From positions 1,952,902 through 2,016,901 of the forward strand of contig CM082585.2 in the NCBI GenBank assembly GCA_040954595.2: DNA of 64,000 bases. Direction: 5' to 3'. The notes below the pieces were generated by a model. The model made no database searches. It was given only the letters and a program-made list of their open reading frames with translations, and was not told where the DNA came from. Each line of letters starts with the position of its first letter. Position 1 is the first letter of the stretch. The position numbers and the translations under genes are program-made. This document shows, in pieces, positions 25,746 to 40,190 of the stretch. Origin of the DNA: Balanoglossus misakiensis. Its lineage: Eukaryota > Animalia > Hemichordata.

Positions 25746-28468
25746 GGAGAAGAGTACCGGTGGGACCTACAAAAAAAAAGAATGAAAGAATTAAATGCAT
25801 GAAATCAATGATAATAATAGGATTAATTTGGCAAGCCAGCCCAACCCAACATACTGCGGGTCAAGGGGTACATATCGTCAATTAATGAAAAAAAAATAAA
25901 GTGCAACAAACATTGGCTAGGTCAAAGCAGTTCCTATGGATACCAGAGAGTGCCAATGCTGTATCTGCTATGTATATAGGAAAGCAGATCAAAGGTCACC
26001 AAGAGCTCACCCAAAATTGTCAACAAATGTTTCTTCCAAAATTATCAGTGTAAAATGAAAAACAAGACTTCTGGCTCTATTGGTTAACCTGGTAATTAGG
26101 TGTTCCAGCCCTCAAAATTTGAAGGCGTTATCTGCTGTGCATGCCAAGGCAGGGAAAATAGGTTTAAGGTAACCAAAGCTAACAAAAATGTCAGAAAAAA
26201 ATGTGATCGCATACTGGTGAATGTTCAAGAAAACCCAGACTCAAAGCTTCATTATCTAGTCTACAATTACGTAAGCACATATTTATAAGGTTATCATTGG
26301 TCAAGAAATTCAGCAAAAAAATTAAGTCCAATAGTAGAGCATGTTCATAAAAAATTCAACCTGTAACAATATGGGTAAGCTCAGCATTAGATATTCACAT
26401 ATTTAATAAGCTCAACATTGGTCCAGTGGATTCCAAATGTAACAAAAAAAGCTAAGTCCCATACTTGTCCATATACATCAAAAACCAAACCTCTAGTGCT
26501 ATTAGTCTAGTCGCCATAAGATATTCAGAAAAGAATACAGGTGCCAAACTTAGGACAAAGTTCAATGCCAATATTATCAAAAAATTTGGGTTATGTCCTG
26601 GCAGCAGTACTATTCGTGTGAAAAATAAATCATCACTGTTTTGCTTTTCAACAAGAGGCATATCCACGAATAATTAAGTTCTGAAAAAAAATGGATCAAA
26701 GTACATGCGAAAGTTGCCAAAAAATGCAACGTATTCTGGTCATATGGTGACTCGTATCTATAAAAAGAATTGGTGTGCAATCAAAGTTTTTAATCAGAAT
26801 TCATAAAATCCAATTTGGCTTCAATAAACTTTAATTAAGTTCTGAAAGATCTGGATCAAAAGACAAATGAAAGTTGCCTAAAAATTTGTATTATTAAGTG
26901 TTGGAAAAACTGGATTAAAGGACATGTGCAATATGCCAAAAATGGTAACATATTCTGGTCATATAGTGAGTCATATACATATAAATAATGTTTGTGCTAT
27001 CAATGAGTAGGCCATAAATAGGAAATCTTAGTTTTAAATCGTTGTTCAGAAAATCCAATTTGGCTCTAATAAGGTTTAACCAATCACAATTCACTTGAAA
27101 ACTTGATTAGAAAAAGTGTTTTAATGATATTTTTCAAAAATCTAATAAGGAATTCTAAGTCACATGACTACTAGCAATATTACAGTCAAACTTTGAACTG
27201 CACAGTATATTCGAACTTGATTGTCCCTGTAGTTTTGGAAAAGAACTGTCATCTTTTAAAGGTTATCAGAAAATCCAATATGGCCACCCTGAAGAAGACT
27301 ATTAAAGGAACATGCAGCATTACAGGGACCAAAGCAGTTAGCATGGTTCCAACAGAAAGCAAACTCTGTATCTGTTGTGGATGCTTAGAAATGGTAGGTA
27401 AGCCAGAGGTCACGGAAATTTGTGGCAACAAATTTTGACATCAAACTGATCAGTGTTCAACAAAAAAACAGACTTTTATTCTCAATTGGTTAACTAGAAA
27501 AAGCTTATGTACACAACTTTTGTGTTAAAGTTTAATACTTTATTAGGTGTTTAAGGCCTAAAAATCTGAAGGCTGTATCTGTTGTGCAGGCCAGGTTATG
27601 GGAAAGTACATCAAAGGTCATTGCCAAAATTATCAAAATATTTGGGTTATGTCCTGGCAGCAGTAGTACTCTTTGAACAAAATCATGACTGTTGAGCTTT
27701 TTATCAAGAGCCATATCCACATAAAATTAAGTTATGGAATTACTGGATCAAAGGACATGCGAGAGTCACCAACAAATTGTTTAATCAAATACTGAAAAAA
27801 AACTGGATCAAAGAACATATGAAAGTTGTCAAAAAATGTAACATATTCTAGTCATATGGTGACTCGTATCCACAGAAAGAATTTGTGTGCTTTCAATGAG
27901 TAGGATAAAAAAAGGAATTTTAGCTTTTAATCGGAGTTCAGAAAATCCAATTTGGCTCTGATAAGGTTAAACCAATCACAATTCACTTGAAAACTTGATT
28001 AGAAAAAGATTTTCATAATTTTTGAATGAGATTTTTAAAAAATCCAATAAGGCACCAAAAGTCACATGACCACTAATGATATTTTATCAAACTTTCAACC
28101 GCACAGTAAATTAGAACTTGATTGGCCCTGTAGTTTATGAAAATGTCAACCTTTAAAGCTTATTAGAAAATCCAATATGGCCGCCATGAAGAAGACAATT
28201 ACAACTAAAAGTAGCATTGGAGGGACCAAGGTGTTAAGCATGGTTCCAACAGAAAGCAGAGGCTGTGTCTGTTGTGGATGCCCAGAAATGGTAAAGTACG
28301 CCAGAGGTGAGGCAAAATGTGCCAACAAAATTTGATACCAAACTGATCAGTGTCCAACAAAAAGCAGACTTCTACGCTTTATTGGTTAACTTTAAATAGC
28401 TCATATACATAATTAGTGTGTTAAAGTTAACACATGCACTTCATTAGGTGTTCCAGTCCTCTAAATTT

Positions 28469-30268
28469 ACAAGTGACCTATTGGTCAAATGAGCTCTGCT
28501 GACCTTAACAGTGTAACCTGGGCGATGATATGAATACCCTAGGTTTTAATTCATAACAATTGTATTCTATTGAACAAAACCAAACATAGACATCACAAGT
28601 ATTTATCCAAATTCAGCTTGATTCATTGCACTAAAGAAAGAAAGAATTGAATTCTAAAGAACAACATCAAAAGGAAGTACCAATGTTCTAATTTGCATAT
28701 TCATGACCCCATCAAAATTCCAATAAAACAAAATCAGGTAGGGGCACCATAACACACATTCTACCAAATTTCAACTCCATCGTACATGTATTTAGGGAGA
28801 AGATTTTTTTACCAAAAATTATATTTTTAGATCTAATTTGCATATTTATGACCCCATCATATCCAAATTAGCAAAATCAGGTAGGGGCACCATAACACAC
28901 ATTCCTACTAAATTTCAGCGCCATCGTACATGTAGTTAGGGAGAAGAAGATTTTTGACCAACAATTCTATTTTTAGATCTAATTTGCATATTTATGACCC
29001 CATCATATCCAAATTAGCAAAATCAGGTAGGGGCACCATAACACACATTCCTACTAAATTTCAGCGCCATCGTACATGTAGTTAGGGAGAAGAAGATTTT
29101 TGACCAAAAATTCTATTTTTAGATCTAATTTGCATATTTATGACCCAATCAAATCCAAATTAACAAAATCAGGTAGGGACACTATAACACACATTCCTTC
29201 TAAATTTCAGCTCCATCGTACAAATAGTTAGGGAGAAGAAGATTTTTTACCAAAAATTATATTTTTAGATCTAATTTACATATTCATGACCCGATCATAT
29301 CCAAATTTATAAAATCAAGTACGGGCATCATAACACACATTCCTACCATATTTCAGCTCCATCGTACATGTAGTTAGGGAGAAGAAAATTTTTGACCAAA
29401 AATTATATTTTTAGATCTAATTTGCATATTTATGACCCCATCAAATCCAAATTTACAAAATCAGGTAGGGGCACCATAACACACATTCCTACCAAATTTC
29501 AGCTCCATTGTACATGTAGTTATGGAGAAGAAGATTTTTTACCAAAATTCTATTTTTAGATCTAATTTGCATATTTATGACCCCATCAAATCCAAATTTA
29601 CAAAATCAGGTAGGGGCACCATAACACACATTCCTGCCAAATTTCAGGTCCATTGCACATGTAGTTGTGGAGAAGAAGATTTTTACCAATTATATTTTTA
29701 GATCTAATTTGCATATTCATGACCCCATCAAATCCAAATTAACAAAATCAGTTAAAGGCACCATAACACACATTCCAACCAAATTTCAGCTAAATATGCC
29801 CAGTTGTTTTAAAGAAGAAGATTGAAATACAAAAAGTTGACGGACGACAGACGACTGACGACAGACGACGGACGACGGACGGACACTTATCAACCTACTG
29901 CTACAGCTCGGCTGACACAAGTGACAGCAGAGCTAAAAATCAGGTAGGGACACCATAACACACATTCCTACCAAATTTCAGCTCCATCGTACATGTAGTT
30001 AGGGAGAAGAAGATTTTTTTACCAAAAATTTTATTTTTAGATCTAATTTGCATATTCATGACCCGATCAAATCCAAATTAACAAAATCAGGTAAGGGCAC
30101 CATAACACACATTCTAACCAAATTTCAGCTAAATATGCCAAGTAGTTTTATAGAAGAAGATTGAAATACCAAAAGTTGACGGACGACGGATGACGGACGA
30201 CAGACGACGGACAGACATTTATCAACCTACTGCTACAGCTCGGCTGACACAAGTGACAGCAGAGCTAA
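28469..30268 (-). mobile_element. Non-autonomous Helentron-like element (HINE/DINE type) with ~146-bp tandem core
   Basis: Stem-loop TGACC-TATT-GGTCA plus subTIR AGCTCTGCTG at one end. GACG/GACA microsatellite plus hairpin AGCTCGGCTGACACAAGTGACAGCAGAGCT at the other. No TSD. Empty site CCTCTAAATTTAAAAGCTGTATC at 38201. Confidence 0.85.
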
Positions 30269-31104
30269 TAAAAGCTGTATCTGCTGTGCATGCCAAGTTT
30301 TGGAAATGTAGATCAAGGGTCATTGCCAAAATTATCAAAATATTTGGGTTATGTCCTGCCAGAGTAGTACTCATGTGAACAAAATCATGACTGTTGTGCT
30401 TTTTAACAAGAGACATATCAATGTACAATTAAGTTCTGAAAGATCTTGATCAAAGGGAAAATGAAAGTTGCAAAAAATTGTATAATTAAGTGTTAAAAAA
30501 AGGATCAATGGACATGTGAAAGTTGACAAAAAATTTTAACATTCTGGTCTTATGTTGACTCTATCCATAAAAAGGCTTGGTGTGCTATCATTCAGTAGCC
30601 TACAAATAGGAAATTTTAGTTTTTAATCGGAGTTCAGAAAATCCAATTAGGCTTCAATAAGGTTTAACCAATCACATTTTACGCGAAAGCGTGATTAAAA
30701 AAAGATTTTGGAAATTTTTCATGGGATTTTTCAAAAATCCATAATAAATCCAAATTCACATGAACACTAACAATATTATTTTAAAAAATTGGAACGTACA
30801 GTAAATTAGAACTTGATTGGCCTTGTAATTTTTGAAAAAAAATGTCAACTTTTAAAGGTTATCAGAAAATCCAATATGGCCACCATGAAGAAGACAATTA
30901 AAAGAACATGCAGCATCACAGGGGCCAAAGCAGTTAGCATGGTTCCAACAGAAAGCAAACTCTGTATCTGTTATGGATTCTTAGAATGGTAGGTAAGCCA
31001 GAGGTCACGGAAATTTGTGCCAACAAATTTTGATATCAAACTGATAAGTGTCCAACAAGAACCAAACTTCTAAGCTCAATTGGTTAACTTTAAATAGGAT
31101 TTAA

Positions 31105-33500
31105 GTAGATCATGGCCAAAATTATCAAAATATTTGGGTTATGTCCTGGCAGCAATAGTACTCATGTGTACAAAATCATGACTGTTGTGCTTTTTAACAA
31201 GAGACATATCCAAGTAGATCAAGGGTCATGGCCAAAATTATCAAAATATTTGGGTTATGTCCTGGCAACAATAAAACTCATGTGAACAAAATCATGACTG
31301 TTGTGCTTTTTAACAAGAGACATATCCAAGTAGATCAAGGGTCATGGCCGAAATAATCAAAATATTTGGGTTATGTCCTGGCAGCAATAAAATTCATATG
31401 AACAAAATCATGACTGTTGTGCTTTTTAACAAGAGACATATCCAAGTAGATCAAGGGTCATTGCCAAAATTATCCAAATATTTGGGTTATGTCCTGGCAG
31501 CAATAAAACTCATGTGAACAAAATCATGACTATTGTGCTTTTTAACAAGAGACATATCCAAGTAGATCAAGGGTCATTGCCAAAATGATCAAAATATATG
31601 GGTTATGTCCTGGCAGCAATAAAACTCATGTGAACAAAATCATGACTGTTGTGCTTTTTAACAAGAGACATATCCAAGTAGATCAAGGGTCATTGCCAAA
31701 ATTATCAAAATATTTGGGTTATGTCCTGGCAGCAATAAAACTCATGTGAACAAAATCATGACTGTTGTGCTTTTTAACAAGAGACATATACAAGTAGATC
31801 AAGGGTCATTGCCAAAATTATCAAAATATTTGGGTTATGTCCAGGCACCAATAGTACTCATGTGAACAAAATCATGACTGTTGTGCTTTTTAACAAGAGA
31901 CATATCCAAGTAGATCAAGGGTCATTGCCAAAATTATCAAAATATTTGGGTTATGTCCAGGCAGCAATAGTACTCATGTGAACAAAATCATGACTGTTGT
32001 GCTTTTTAACAAGAGGCATATCCAAGTAGATCAAGGGTCATTGCCAAAATTATCAAAATATTTGGGTTATGTCCAGGCAGCAATAGTACTCATGTGAACA
32101 AAATCATGACTGTTGTGCTTTTTAACAAGAGACATATCCAAGTAGATCAAGGGTCATTGCCAAAATTATCAAAATATTTGGGTTATGTCCAGGCAGCAAT
32201 AGTACTCATGTGAACAAAATCATGACTGTTGTGCTTTTTAACAAGAGACATATCCAAGTAGATCAAGGGTCATTACCAAGATTATCAAAATATTTGGGTT
32301 ATGTCCTGGCAGCAATAAAACTCATGTGAACAAAATCATGACTGTTGTGCCTTTTAACAAGAGACATATCCAAGTAGATCAAGGGTCATTGCCAAAATTA
32401 TCAAAATATTTGGGTTATGTCCTGGCAGCAATAAAACTCATGTGAACAAAATCATGACTGTTGTGCTTTTTAACAAGAGACATATCCAAGTAGATCAAGG
32501 GTCATTGCCATGATTATCAAAATATTTGGGTTATGTCCTGGCAGCAATAAAACTCATGTGAACAAAATCATGACTGTTGTGCTTTTAACAAGAGACATAT
32601 CCAAGTAGATCAAGGGTCATTGCCAAAATTATCAAAATATTTGGGTTATGTCCAGGCAGCAATAGTACTCATGTGAACAAAATCATGACTGTTGTGCTTT
32701 TTAACAAGAGACATATCCAAGTAGATCAAGGGTCATTACCAAGATTATCAAAATATTTGGATTATGTCCTGGCAGCAATAAAACTCATGTGAACAAAATC
32801 ATGACTGTTGTGCCTTTTAACAAGAGACATATCCAAGTAGATCAAGGGTCATTGCCAAAATTATCAAAATATTTTGGTAATGTCCTGGCAGCAATAAAAC
32901 TCATGTGAACAAAATCATGACTGTTGTGCTTTTTAACAAGAGACATATCCAAGTAGATCAAGGGTCATTGCCAAGATTATCAAAATATTTGGGTTATGTC
33001 CTGGCAGCAATAAAACTCATGTGAACAAAATCATGACTGTTGTGCTTTTTAACAAGAGACATATCCAAGTAGATCAAGGGTCATTGCCAAAGTTATCAAA
33101 ATATTTGGGTTATGTCCTGGCAGCGACAAAACTAATGTGAACAAAATCATGACTGTTGTGCTTTTTAACAAGAGACATATCCAAGTAGATCAAGGGTCAT
33201 GGCCAAAATTATCAAAATATTTGGGTTATGTCCTGGCAACAATAAAACTCATGTGAACAAAATCATGACTGTTGTGCTTTTTAACAAGAGACATATCCAA
33301 GGGATCAAGGGTCATTACCAAGATTATCAAAATATTTGGGTTATGTCCTGGCAGCAATAAAACTCATGTGAACAAAATCATGACTGTTGTGCTTTTTAAC
33401 AAGAGACATATCCAAGTAGATCAAGGGTCATTGCCAAAATTATCAAAATATTTGGGTTATGTCCTGGCAGCAGTAGTACTCTTTGAACAAAATCATGACT
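31105..33500. repeat. 116-bp tandem array (~20 copies)
   Basis: GTAGATCAAG at 31214, 31330, 31446 and onward. Confidence 0.97.
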
Positions 33501-33722
33501 GTTGAGCTTTTTATCAAGAGCCATATCCACATAAAATTAAGTTATGGAATTACTGGATCAAAGGACATGCGAGAGTCGCCAACAAATTGTTTAATCAAAT
33601 ACTGAAAAAAAACTGGATCAAAGAACATATGAAAGTTGTCAAAAAATGTAACATATTCTAGTCATATGGTGACTCGTATCCACAGAAAGAATTTGTGTGC
33701 TTTCAATGAGTAGGATAAAAAA

Positions 33723-35264
33723 ATAGCGTCAAGGACACTGTGGTCCCATTTGAGGACATAGCACATAGCAACATAGCAATAAGCATATCTGCCCTGGATG
33801 CAAAGATATGGAAAAGTATGTCAAAGGTCACCTGAGGGCATGCAAAATTTGGGCAAGAAATTTTGACCCTATACTGGTCCATGTTCAACAAAAACCAAAC
33901 CTATAGCCCTATTGGTTAGCCTGGAATTAGGTATGCACATAATTAATGAGATATGCAGGTGTCACAGGTGAACCCCAATTTTGGCTTTTCAATTTTAGTC
34001 CCAACCCTCCAAATGCGAAGTCTGTACCTGCTCTGGATGCCAAGATATGATAAAGTAGGTCAAAGGTCACCTGAGGTCATGCAAAATTTGGGCAAGAAAT
34101 TTTGACCTTATACTGGTCCATGTTCAACAAAAACCAAACCTAAAGCCTTATTGGTTAGCCTGGAATTAGGTATGCACATAATTAATGAGATATGCAGGTG
34201 TCACAGGTGACCCCCAATTTTGGCTTTTCAATTTTAGTCCCAACCCTCCAAACGCCAAGTCTGTACCTGCTCTGGATGCCAAGATATGGAAAAGTAGGTC
34301 AAAGGTCACCTGAGGTCATGCAAAATTTGGGCAAGAAATTTTGACCCTATACTGGTCCATGTTCAACAAAAACCAAACCTATAGCCCTATTGGTTAGCCC
34401 GGAATGAGGTATGCACATAATTAATGAGATATGCAGGTGTCACAGGTGACCCATATTTTGGCTTTTCAATTTTAGTCCCAACCCTCCAAACGCCAAGTCT
34501 GTACCTGCTCTGGATGCCGAGATATAGGAAAGTAGGTCAAAGGTCACCTGAGGTCACCCAAAATTTTGGCAAGAAATTTTGACCCTATACTGGTCCATGT
34601 CCCACAAGAACGAAACCTCTAGCCCTTTTAGTTAGCCCGGAATTAGGTATGCACATAATTAATGTGTTAAGCAGGTGTCACAGGTGAGCCCAAAAATTTG
34701 CCTTTTATTTTGGCCCCATTGTGCTCACTGACCAATAGACAGTCACTGTACAGGACTATTGCACAGACCAGAATTCCACAATAAGACGTGGACATAGCTT
34801 AACCACAGAGGTTTATATAAGTAAAGGTATAAATTTAATAAAAAGACTAAAAAATTCATAAAAAATAAAACATCCATGATATCAACTTAACACTTACAGG
34901 TCGGTGTGAGGTTGACATAAGGTACATGCATACCAATTTTCAAAGCAATCTGACCAGTAATTGTTGACTTACAGAGTTTTGATAAATTTCACATTTTACA
35001 AGCTAATTTGCATATTTTTGGGCCTGGCAACTTCGTTTGGACAAACTCCCATCTACAGCCCTGCCTGCACCTACACACCAAATATTGAGGTGATACGCGC
35101 AGCGGTTTTCAAGTTTTTGATGTGGACGGACATACAGACATACATCCATACATACATCCATCCATCCATCCATCCATCCATCCATCCATCCATCCATACA
35201 TACATACAGACGCAACCCATCCCATAAGGTCCCATGGTATATAGGCCTATACCAATGGGACCTA
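33723..35264 (-). mobile_element. Non-autonomous Helentron-like element with 239-bp tandem core and CATC/CATA microsatellite
   Basis: Ends are TAGCGTCAAGGACAC-TGTGGTCCCATT and GGTCCCATGGTATATAGGCCTATACCAATGGGACC. Inserted in an A-run (empty site GATAAAAAAAGGAATTT at ~27904). About 3.7 core repeats at 33785-34690. Microsatellite at 35130-35208. Confidence 0.88.
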
Positions 35265-35602
35265 AAAAAGGAATTTTAGCTTTTAATCGGAGTTCAGAAA
35301 ATCCAATTTGGCTCTGATAAGGTTAAACCAATCACAATTCACTTGAAAACTTGATTAGAAAAAGATTTTCGTAATTTTTGAATGAGATTTTTAAAAAATC
35401 CAATAAGGCACCAAAAGTCACATGACCACTAATGATATTTTATCAAACTTTCAACCGCACAGTAAATTAGAACTTGATTGGCCCTGTAGTTTATGAAAAT
35501 GTCAACCTTTAAAGCTTATTAGAAAATCCAATATGGCCGCCATGAAGAAGACAATTACAACTAAAAGTAGCATTGGAGGGACCAAGGTTCCAACAGAAAG
35601 CA

Positions 35603-35959
35603 GACCCCATCAAAATTCCAATTAACAAAATCAGGTAGGGGCACCATACCACACATTCCTACCAATTTTCAGCTCCATCGTACATGTAGTTAGGGAGAAG
35701 AAGATTTTTTTACCAAAAATTTTATTTTTAGATCTAATTTGCATATTCATGACCCGATCAAATCCAAATTAACAAAATCAGGTAAGGGCACCATAACACA
35801 CATTCCAACCAAATTTCAGCTAAATATGCCAAGTAGTTTTATAGAAGAAGATTGAAATACCAAAAGTTGACGGACGACGGATGACGGACGACAGACGACG
35901 GACAGACATTTATCAACCTACTGCTACAGCTCGGCTGACACAAGTGACAGCAGAGCTAA
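35603..35959 (-). mobile_element. Truncated duplicate of the 28469-30268 element
   Basis: Near-identical to 29940-30268, including the terminal hairpin and its flank. Confidence 0.85.
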
Positions 35960-36889
35960 TAAAAGCTGTATCTGCTGTGCATGCCAAGTTTTGGAAATGT
36001 AGATCAAGGGTCATTGCCAAAATTATCAAAATATTTGGGTTATGTCCTGCCAGAGTAGTACTCATGTGAACAAAATCATGACTGTTGTGCTTTTTAACAA
36101 GAGACATATCAATGTACAATTAAGTTCTGAAAGATCTTGATCAAAGGGAAAATGAAAGTTGCAAAAAATTGTATAATTAAGTGTTAAAAAAAGGATCAAT
36201 GGACATGTGAAAGTTGACAAATTTTTTTAACATTCTTGTCTTATGTTGACTCTATCCATAAAAAGGCTTGGTGTGCTATCATTCAGTAGCCTACAAATAG
36301 GAAATTTTAGTTTTTAATCGGAGTTCAGAAAATCCAATTAGGCTTCAATAAGGTTTAACCAATCACAATTTACGCGAAAGCTTGATTAAAAAAAGATTTT
36401 GGAAATTTTTCATGGTATTTTTCAAAAATCCATAATAAATCCAAATTCACATGAACACTAACAATATTATTTTAAAAAATTGGAACGTACAGTAAATTAG
36501 AACTTGATTGGCCTTGTAATTTTTGAAAAAAATGTCAACTTTTAAAGGTTATCAGAAAATCCAATATGGCCACCATGAAGAAGACAATTAAAAGAACATG
36601 CAGCATCACAGGGGCCAAAGCAGTTAGCATGGTTCCAACAGAAAGCAAACTCTGTATCTGTTGTGGATTCATAGAATGGTAGGTAAGCCAGAGGTCACGC
36701 AAATTTGTGCCAACAAATTTTGATATCAAACTGATAAGTGTCCAACAAGAACCAAACTTCTAAGCTCAATTGGTTAACTTTAAATAGGATAAGTACATAA
36801 TGATTGTGTTAAAGATTAATACTTCATTAGGTGTTCCAGTCCTCTATATTTGAAAGCCATATCTGCTGTGCATGTCAAATTATGGGAAA

Positions 36890-37440
36890 GTAGATCATGG
36901 CCAAAATTATCAAAATATTTGGGTTATGTCCAGGCAGCAATAGTACTCATGTGTACAAAATCATGACTGTTGTGCTTTTTAACAAGAGACATATGCAAGT
37001 AGATCAAGGGTCATGGCCAAAATTATCAAAATATTTGGGTTATGTCCTGGCAGCAATAAAACTCATGTGAACAAAATCATGACTGTTGTGCTTTTTAACA
37101 AGAGACATATCCAAGTAGATCAAGGGTCATGGCCAAAATTATCAAAATATTTGGGTTATGTCCTGGCAGCAATAAAACTCATGTGAACAAAATCATGACT
37201 GTTGTGCTTTTTAACAAGAGACATATCCAAGTAGATCAAGGGTCATTGCCAAAATTATCAAAATATTTGGGTTATGTCCTGGCAGCAATAAAACTCATGT
37301 GAACAAAATCATGACTGTTGTGCTTTTTAACAAGAGACATATCCAAGTAGATCAAGGGTCATTGCCAAAATTATCAAAATATTTGGGTTATGTCCTGGCA
37401 GCAGTAGTACTCTTTGAACAAAATCATGACTGTTTAGCTT
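36890..37440. repeat. 116-bp tandem array (~5 copies)
   Basis: Same monomer as 31105-33500. Confidence 0.95.
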
Positions 37441-39142
37441 TTTATCAAGAGCCATATCCACATAAAATTTAGTTATGGAATTACTGGGTCAAAGGACATG
37501 CGAGAGTTGCCAACAAATTGTTTAATCAAGTTTTGAAAAAACTGGATCAAAGGACATGTGAAAGTTGCCAAAAAATGTAACGTATTCTAGTCATATGGCG
37601 ACTCGTATCCATAAAATTAATTTGTGTGCTTTCAATGAGTAGGCTAGAAATAGAAAATCTTAGTTTTTAATCAGTGTTTAGAAAAATCCAATTTGGCTCC
37701 AATAAGGTGACACCAATCACAATTCACTTGAAAACTTGATTAGAAAAAGATGTTCTGTAATTTTTTAATGAGATTTTTAAACAATCCAATTAGGCACGCA
37801 AAGTCACTTGACCACTAATGATATTTTTGTCAAACTTTCAACCCTATAGTAAACTAGAATTTGATTGGCCCTGTAGTTTATGAAAATGTCAACTTTTAAA
37901 GGTTATTAGAAATTCCAATATGGCCACCATGAAGAAGACAATTAGAGCTACAAGCAGCATTGGAGTGGCCAAAGCGGTTAGCATGGTTCCAACAGAAAGC
38001 AAATGCTGCATCTGTTGTGGATGCCTAGAAATGGTAAAGTATGCCAGAGGTGATGCAAAATGTGCCAACAAAATTTGATACCAAACTGATCAGTGTCCAA
38101 CAAAAAGCAGACTTCTACGCTTTATTGGTTAACTTTAAATAGCTTATATACATAATTATTGTGTTAAAGTTAATACATGTACTTTATTAGGTGTTCCAGT
38201 CCTCTAAATTTAAAAGCTGTATCTGCTGTGCATGCCAAGTTATGGGAATGTAGATCAAAAGTTACTGCCAAAATTATCAAAATATTTGGGTTATGTCCGG
38301 GCAGCAGTAGTACTCATGTGAACAAAATCACGACTCTTGTGCTTTTTAACAAGAGGCATATCAACGTAGAATTAAGTTCTGAAAGATCTGGATCAAAAGA
38401 CGAATGACAGTTGCAAAAAAATTGTATAATTAAGTGTTGAAAAAATGGATGAAAGGACATGTGAAAGTTGATAAAAATTGTTTAACATATTCTGGTCTTA
38501 TGGTGACTCGTATCCATAAAAAGGATTGGTGTGCTATCATTCAGTAGCCTTGAAATAGGAAATTTTAGTTTTTAATCGGAGTTCAGACAATCCAATTTGG
38601 CTTCAATAAGGTTTAACCAATCACAATTCACTTGAAAGCTTGATTAAAAAAGATTTTGGAAATCTTCATGAGTTTTTGAAAAAATCCATAATAAATCCAA
38701 ATTCACATGACCACTATTAATATAATTGAAAAAAAATTGGAACGGCCAGTAAATTAGAACTTGATTGGCCCTGCAGTTTAGAAAAAAATGTACACTTTTA
38801 GAGATTATCAGAAAATCCAATATGGCCGCCATGAAGAAGACCCAACTATAAGCAGCATTGGAGTGACCAAAGTGGTTAGCATGGTTCCAACAGAAAGCAA
38901 AGGCTGTATCTGTTATGGATGCTGAGAAATGGTAAGTAAGCCAGAGGTCACGCAAATTTGTGCCAACAAATTTTGACATCAAACTGATAAGTGTCCAACA
39001 AGAACCAAACTTCTAAGCTCAATTGGTTAACTTTAAATAGGATAAGTACATAACGATTGTGTTAAAGATTAATACTTCATTAGGTGTTCCAGTCCTCTAA
39101 ATTTGAAAGCCGTATCTGCTGTGCATGGCAAGTTATGGGAAA

Positions 39143-40190
39143 GTAGATCATGGCCAAAATTATCAAAATATTTGGGTTATGTCCAGGCAGCAATAGTACT
39201 CATGTGTACAATATCATGACTGTTGTGCTTTTTAACAAGAGACATATCCAAGTAGATCAAGGGTCATGGCCAAAATTATCAAAATATTTGGGTTATGTCC
39301 TGGCAGCAATATAACTCATGTGAACAAAATCATGACTGTTGTGCTTTTTAACAAGAGACCTATCCAAGTAGATCAAGGGTCATTGCCAAAATTATCAAAA
39401 TATTTTGGTTATGTCCTGGCAGCAATAAAACTCATATGAACACAATAATGACTGTTGTGCTTTTTAACAAGAGACATATCCAAGTAGATCAAGGGTCATT
39501 GCCAAAATTATCAAAATATTTGGGTTATGTCCTGGCAGCAATAAAACTCGTGTGAACACAATCATGACTGTTGTGCTTTTTAACAAGAGACATATCCAAG
39601 TAGATCAAGGGTCATTTCCAAAATTATCAAAATATTTGGGTTATGTCCTGGCAGCAATAAAACTCATGTGAACACAATCATGACTGTTGTGCTTTTTAAC
39701 AAGAGGCATATCCAAGTAGATCAAGGATCATTGCCAACATTATCAAAATATGTAGGTTATGTCCAGGCAGCAATAAAACTCATGTGAACACAATTATGAC
39801 TGTTGTGTTTTTTAACAAGAGACATATCCAAGTAGATCAAGGGTCATTGCCAAAATTATCAAAATATTTTGGTTATGTCCTGGCAGCAATAAAACTCATG
39901 TGAACAAAATCATGACTGTTGTGCTTTTTAACAAGAGACATATCCAAGTAGATCAAGGGTCATCGCCAAAATTATCAAAATATTTGGGTTATGTCCTGGC
40001 AGCAATAAAACTCATGTGAACACAATTATGACTGTTGTGCTTTTTAACAAGACTAGAGACATATCCAAGTAGAACAAGGGTCATTGCCGAAATTATCAAA
40101 ATATTTGGGTTATGTCCTGGCAGCAATAAAACTCATGTGAACACAATCATGACTGTTGTGCTTTTTAACAAGAGACATATCCAAGTACAA
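39143..40190. repeat. 116-bp tandem array (~9 copies)
   Basis: Same monomer, with a GAACACAATC variant. Confidence 0.95.

Noticed and set aside
25434-25802. 122-aa ORF with 18-aa repeats and a basic tail
   Set aside because: Translation of a 54-bp minisatellite and a purine-rich simple repeat.
31105-33500. Regular short repeats suggestive of a CRISPR array
   Set aside because: Head-to-tail 116-bp monomers with no unique spacers, no cas genes and a eukaryotic context.
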